This document shows positions 22,254 through 24,244 of a stretch of 24,244 nucleotides of DNA, piece by piece. The stretch comes from a virus (Duplodnaviria > Caudoviricetes): IMG/VR virus record IMGVR_UViG_3300017938_000004, positions 1 to 24,244 of that record, one strand, 5' to 3'. The position numbers were made by a program, and so were the translations under genes. The notes under the pieces are model-generated. The model had not been told where the DNA came from, did no database searches, and saw nothing but the letters and a program-made list of their open reading frames with translations. Within the stretch, counting starts at the first letter, position 1. Each line of letters begins with the position of its first letter.

Positions 22254-22653
22254 AACAGAAACAGAATACATAGTTAACGGCGACTTGATACTTGAAGAAG
22301 ATTTCAAGATTTCGAAAAATCTCATAGTTCACGGAAATATTAAAGGGAAAGACGGCGAGAGATTTAACATAGATGCATTAGACATAGATGCATGGAACAT
22401 AGATGCAAGGAACATAGATGCAAGGAACATAAATGCAAGGAACATAAATGCAGGGGACATAAATGCATGGGACATAAATGCAGGGGACATAGATGCAGGG
22501 GACATAAATGCAGGGAACATAAATGCATGGAACATAAATGCATTAGACATAATCTGCGAAACTCGTATTAAGAAGTTAAAGGAATGCAAAACAAAGGCGA
22601 GAATTTACATTAAAAATAAAAACAAAATAGAGAGGAAAGAATATGACGACTAA
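22243..22653 (+). CDS. Pentapeptide-repeat (beta-solenoid) protein, paralogue 2
   Basis: 12 units; flanks nearly identical to paralogue 1. Confidence 0.85.
   Translation: MTTETETEYIVNGDLILEEDFKISKNLIVHGNIKGKDGERFNIDALDIDAWNIDARNIDARNINARNINAGDINAWDINAGDIDAGDINAGNINAWNINALDIICETRIKKLKECKTKARIYIKNKNKIERKEYDD
22366..22551 (+). repeat. 15-bp tandem array (12 units)
   Basis: Same unit as 21981-22151 with variants in a different order. Confidence 0.95.
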
Positions 22654-23275
22654 AACAGAAATCTGCTCGTGTGGGCATGAAAGAAAAGAACATAAAAATG
22701 ATTATTATATGATGGGTTCTCAAAAGATAGTTGAAGAAGATGTATGTTGGCATAAAGAAGGTAATTATTATAATTGCTCCTGTAAAAAGTTCACACCTCA
22801 AACTCCCGAAGACAAAAAGCCAAAAGTATTTATTGAAAGAGCAGAGCCATTAACAATAGAAGGAATAAGAGCAATTTGTATGAATGATGAAGATTATGCT
22901 AAATATAGAAAGGACAAAACTTCGGGGGATTTTTGTTTGAGTGATAAGATTTTGAGTAGAGTAAATCAAGTTAATGAACATTTTAAAGAATTAGATAAAA
23001 GGAAATTACCTTATGATATTAGAGAAAGAGCATTAATGACTTCTCTACCTTTGGTTATTCAAAATGATGTAAAAGAATTCGTGCGGAGATTGAAGTCTAA
23101 ATTTAAAGATGGATGTGGAATGGGTTTTACTTGGAATGACCAAGATGCCACTTGTGGAGATGATTTTGAATATGAAGGTAAGATTAAAGTTATCTTATGT
23201 TCTACTTGTCTTGAAAAGATAAAAGAAATAGACAAACTGTGTGGTTCAAAATTATCAGGAGAAAAAGATGCCTAA
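22643..23275 (+). CDS. Cys-rich hypothetical protein (210 aa)
   Basis: CSCGHERKEH...C...CSCKKF and C-terminal Cys motifs; MTTKTEI leader. Confidence 0.8.
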   Translation: MTTKTEICSCGHERKEHKNDYYMMGSQKIVEEDVCWHKEGNYYNCSCKKFTPQTPEDKKPKVFIERAEPLTIEGIRAICMNDEDYAKYRKDKTSGDFCLSDKILSRVNQVNEHFKELDKRKLPYDIRERALMTSLPLVIQNDVKEFVRRLKSKFKDGCGMGFTWNDQDATCGDDFEYEGKIKVILCSTCLEKIKEIDKLCGSKLSGEKDA

Positions 23276-23624
23276 GAAAGGATATATCAAAACAGAAGAG
23301 CATAGAAAGAAACTAAGTAATTCTATTTTAGAATCTGATAAGGGTTTTCAGAAAGGACATCAGACTTGGAACAAACAAGGGAAAGGCAGACTTAAAAGAA
23401 AGTTCAAGAGAGTAGAAGGCAAGATGATACTTAACTCTCATCACGTTTGGCTTATGCACAATAATCTAAAGACTATACCTAAAGGGTATATAATTCATCA
23501 CAAAGACCTAAACTCTATGAATGATGACATCTCTAATCTTATCTTAATGACTGATATTGACCATAAGAAATTGCATGGAGAGTTAGATAGAAAACGATTT
23601 ATGGCGGAGGAAAAATTAATATGA
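23268..23624 (+). CDS. HNH endonuclease with NUMOD3-like N-terminus (118 aa)
   Basis: KTEEHRKKLS, FQKGHQTWNK; IPKGYIIHHKDLNSMNDDISNLILM...HKKLH; start reassigned to ATG 23268 after AGGAG. Confidence 0.9.
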   Translation: MPKKGYIKTEEHRKKLSNSILESDKGFQKGHQTWNKQGKGRLKRKFKRVEGKMILNSHHVWLMHNNLKTIPKGYIIHHKDLNSMNDDISNLILMTDIDHKKLHGELDRKRFMAEEKLI

Positions 23625-23779
23625 TTAGAACTGAAATTTGTGGGTGTAAATATCTTTTGGATATAGATGGAACTAAAACTTTCGTAGCATTTTGTAAAGA
23701 ACATTCTTTTCTTAATTTTGGAAGGCATCCAAATCAAATAAAACCAATTGTAAAATCGGGGGAAAAATTAAGCAAATGA
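23621..23779 (+). CDS. Small Cys/His protein (52 aa, not in ORF track)
   Basis: MIRTEICGC...FCKEH; GGAGG RBS; ATGA overlaps at both ends. Confidence 0.7.
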   Translation: MIRTEICGCKYLLDIDGTKTFVAFCKEHSFLNFGRHPNQIKPIVKSGEKLSK

Positions 23780-23898
23780 CACAAAAACAAATAAAACAAG
23801 AACTTAAGAGAAAGGTTGAAGAAAGAGATTGGATAATAATAGCATTAGTAATATTATGGTTTTTAACTTTAGCTTTTTTTAATATGGGTTTATGGTAA
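23776..23898 (+). CDS. Single-TM peptide, MTQKQ-leader family (40 aa, not in ORF track)
   Basis: First 19 nt identical to the ORF 217 start; WIIIALVILWFLTLAFF helix. Confidence 0.7.
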   Translation: MTQKQIKQELKRKVEERDWIIIALVILWFLTLAFFNMGLW

Positions 23899-23899
23899 A

Positions 23900-23949
23900 A
23901 TGACATACTCCCATACCCTAAAGGGTAGGGTATCTTAAAGAAAATGGAA
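23900..23949 (+). repeat. Left-end hairpin element L, copy in cassette 2 (50 bp)
   Basis: Identical to 2762-2811. Confidence 0.95.
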
Positions 23950-24244
23950 CTAAAGCAATTTATAAAACAAATACCAACACCAGAAGAAACACTTGTTGAT
24001 TATGATAAAAAGATAGCCGAACAAAAAGCTGAATATTATAGAAAGAACAAAGACAAGATAGCCGAATATCGTAGAAAGAACAAAGACAAGATAGCCGAAT
24101 ATTTAGCTGAATATTATAGAAAGAACAAAGACAAGATAGCCGAATATTTAGCTGAATATTATAGAAAGAACAAAGACAAGATAGCCGAATATCGTAGAAA
24201 GAACAAAGACAAGATAGCCGAACAAAAAGCTGAATATTATAGAA
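23944..24244 (+). CDS. 5' part of the origin-spanning Lys/Glu/Tyr helical-repeat protein (139 aa total)
   Basis: MELKQFIKQIPTPEETLVDYDKKIAEQKAEYYRKNKDKIAE...; open to the window end; 33- and 45-bp units. Confidence 0.85.
   Translation, partial: MELKQFIKQIPTPEETLVDYDKKIAEQKAEYYRKNKDKIAEYRRKNKDKIAEYLAEYYRKNKDKIAEYLAEYYRKNKDKIAEYRRKNKDKIAEQKAEYYR
24175..24244. repeat. Terminal direct repeat, copy 2
   Basis: Identical to 1-70. Confidence 0.95.

Larger units (their letters stand above)
1..24244. mobile_element. Complete circular genome of a spindle-shaped (fusellovirus-like) archaeal virus
   Basis: 70-bp terminal identity with an ORF and an L/R cassette continuing across the junction; paired two-TM capsid proteins, VP2-like protein, VP4-like glycoprotein and P-loop ATPase; archaeal TATA/BRE-like promoters and dense N-glycosylation sequons; no cellular housekeeping genes. 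Confidence 0.85.
23900..24244 (+). mobile_element. Putative non-autonomous cassette 2: L - repeat protein - R (continues to base 220)
   Basis: Same L and R ends as cassette 1 once the genome is circularised. Confidence 0.65.

Noticed and set aside
21981-22551. 15-bp arrays as a CRISPR array or as a DGR template/variable pair
   Set aside because: The units are contiguous with no spacers and are in-frame coding. No reverse transcriptase is present and the variation is not confined to adenines (AGG versus TTG/TTA).
21927-22589. Minus-strand ORFs with CIYVP or SMFLA repeats
   Set aside because: These are antisense shadows of the 15-bp arrays with no RBS or promoter; the plus-strand genes are coupled within the operon.
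24007-24244. 33/45-bp repeats as a CRISPR array or iterons
   Set aside because: There are no unique spacers, and unit lengths are multiples of three within an open frame, so this is a protein repeat.

Overview
This AT-rich window appears to be a complete circular genome (about 24.17 kb; bases 1-70 are identical to 24175-24244) of an archaeal spindle-shaped, fusellovirus-like virus. The host may be a DPANN archaeon, but that is inference only. The virion module (about 5.3-18.9 kb) has a P-loop ATPase on the only minus-strand operon, two paralogous two-TM major capsid proteins, sequon-rich adhesin/VP4-like glycoproteins, pilin-like proteins with class III signal peptides and an SSV1 VP2-like DNA-binding protein. 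The accessory module (19.0 kb across the origin to 5.2 kb) is a tightly coupled chain of small ORFs that includes a wHTH protein, a serine recombinase, a C5 DNA methyltransferase, HNH nucleases and pentapeptide-repeat paralogues. The most striking observation is a candidate gene-cassette system. Two unrelated genes are each wrapped in an identical 50-bp left hairpin and an identical 62-bp right hairpin, and both units begin and end exactly at an ATGA start codon. Elsewhere in the module a duplicated locus carries different small ORFs in the same ATGA-bounded slot, and many ORFs share ATGAC-led 5' leaders. No DNA polymerase, tyrosine integrase, reverse transcriptase, tRNA or CRISPR array was recognised.
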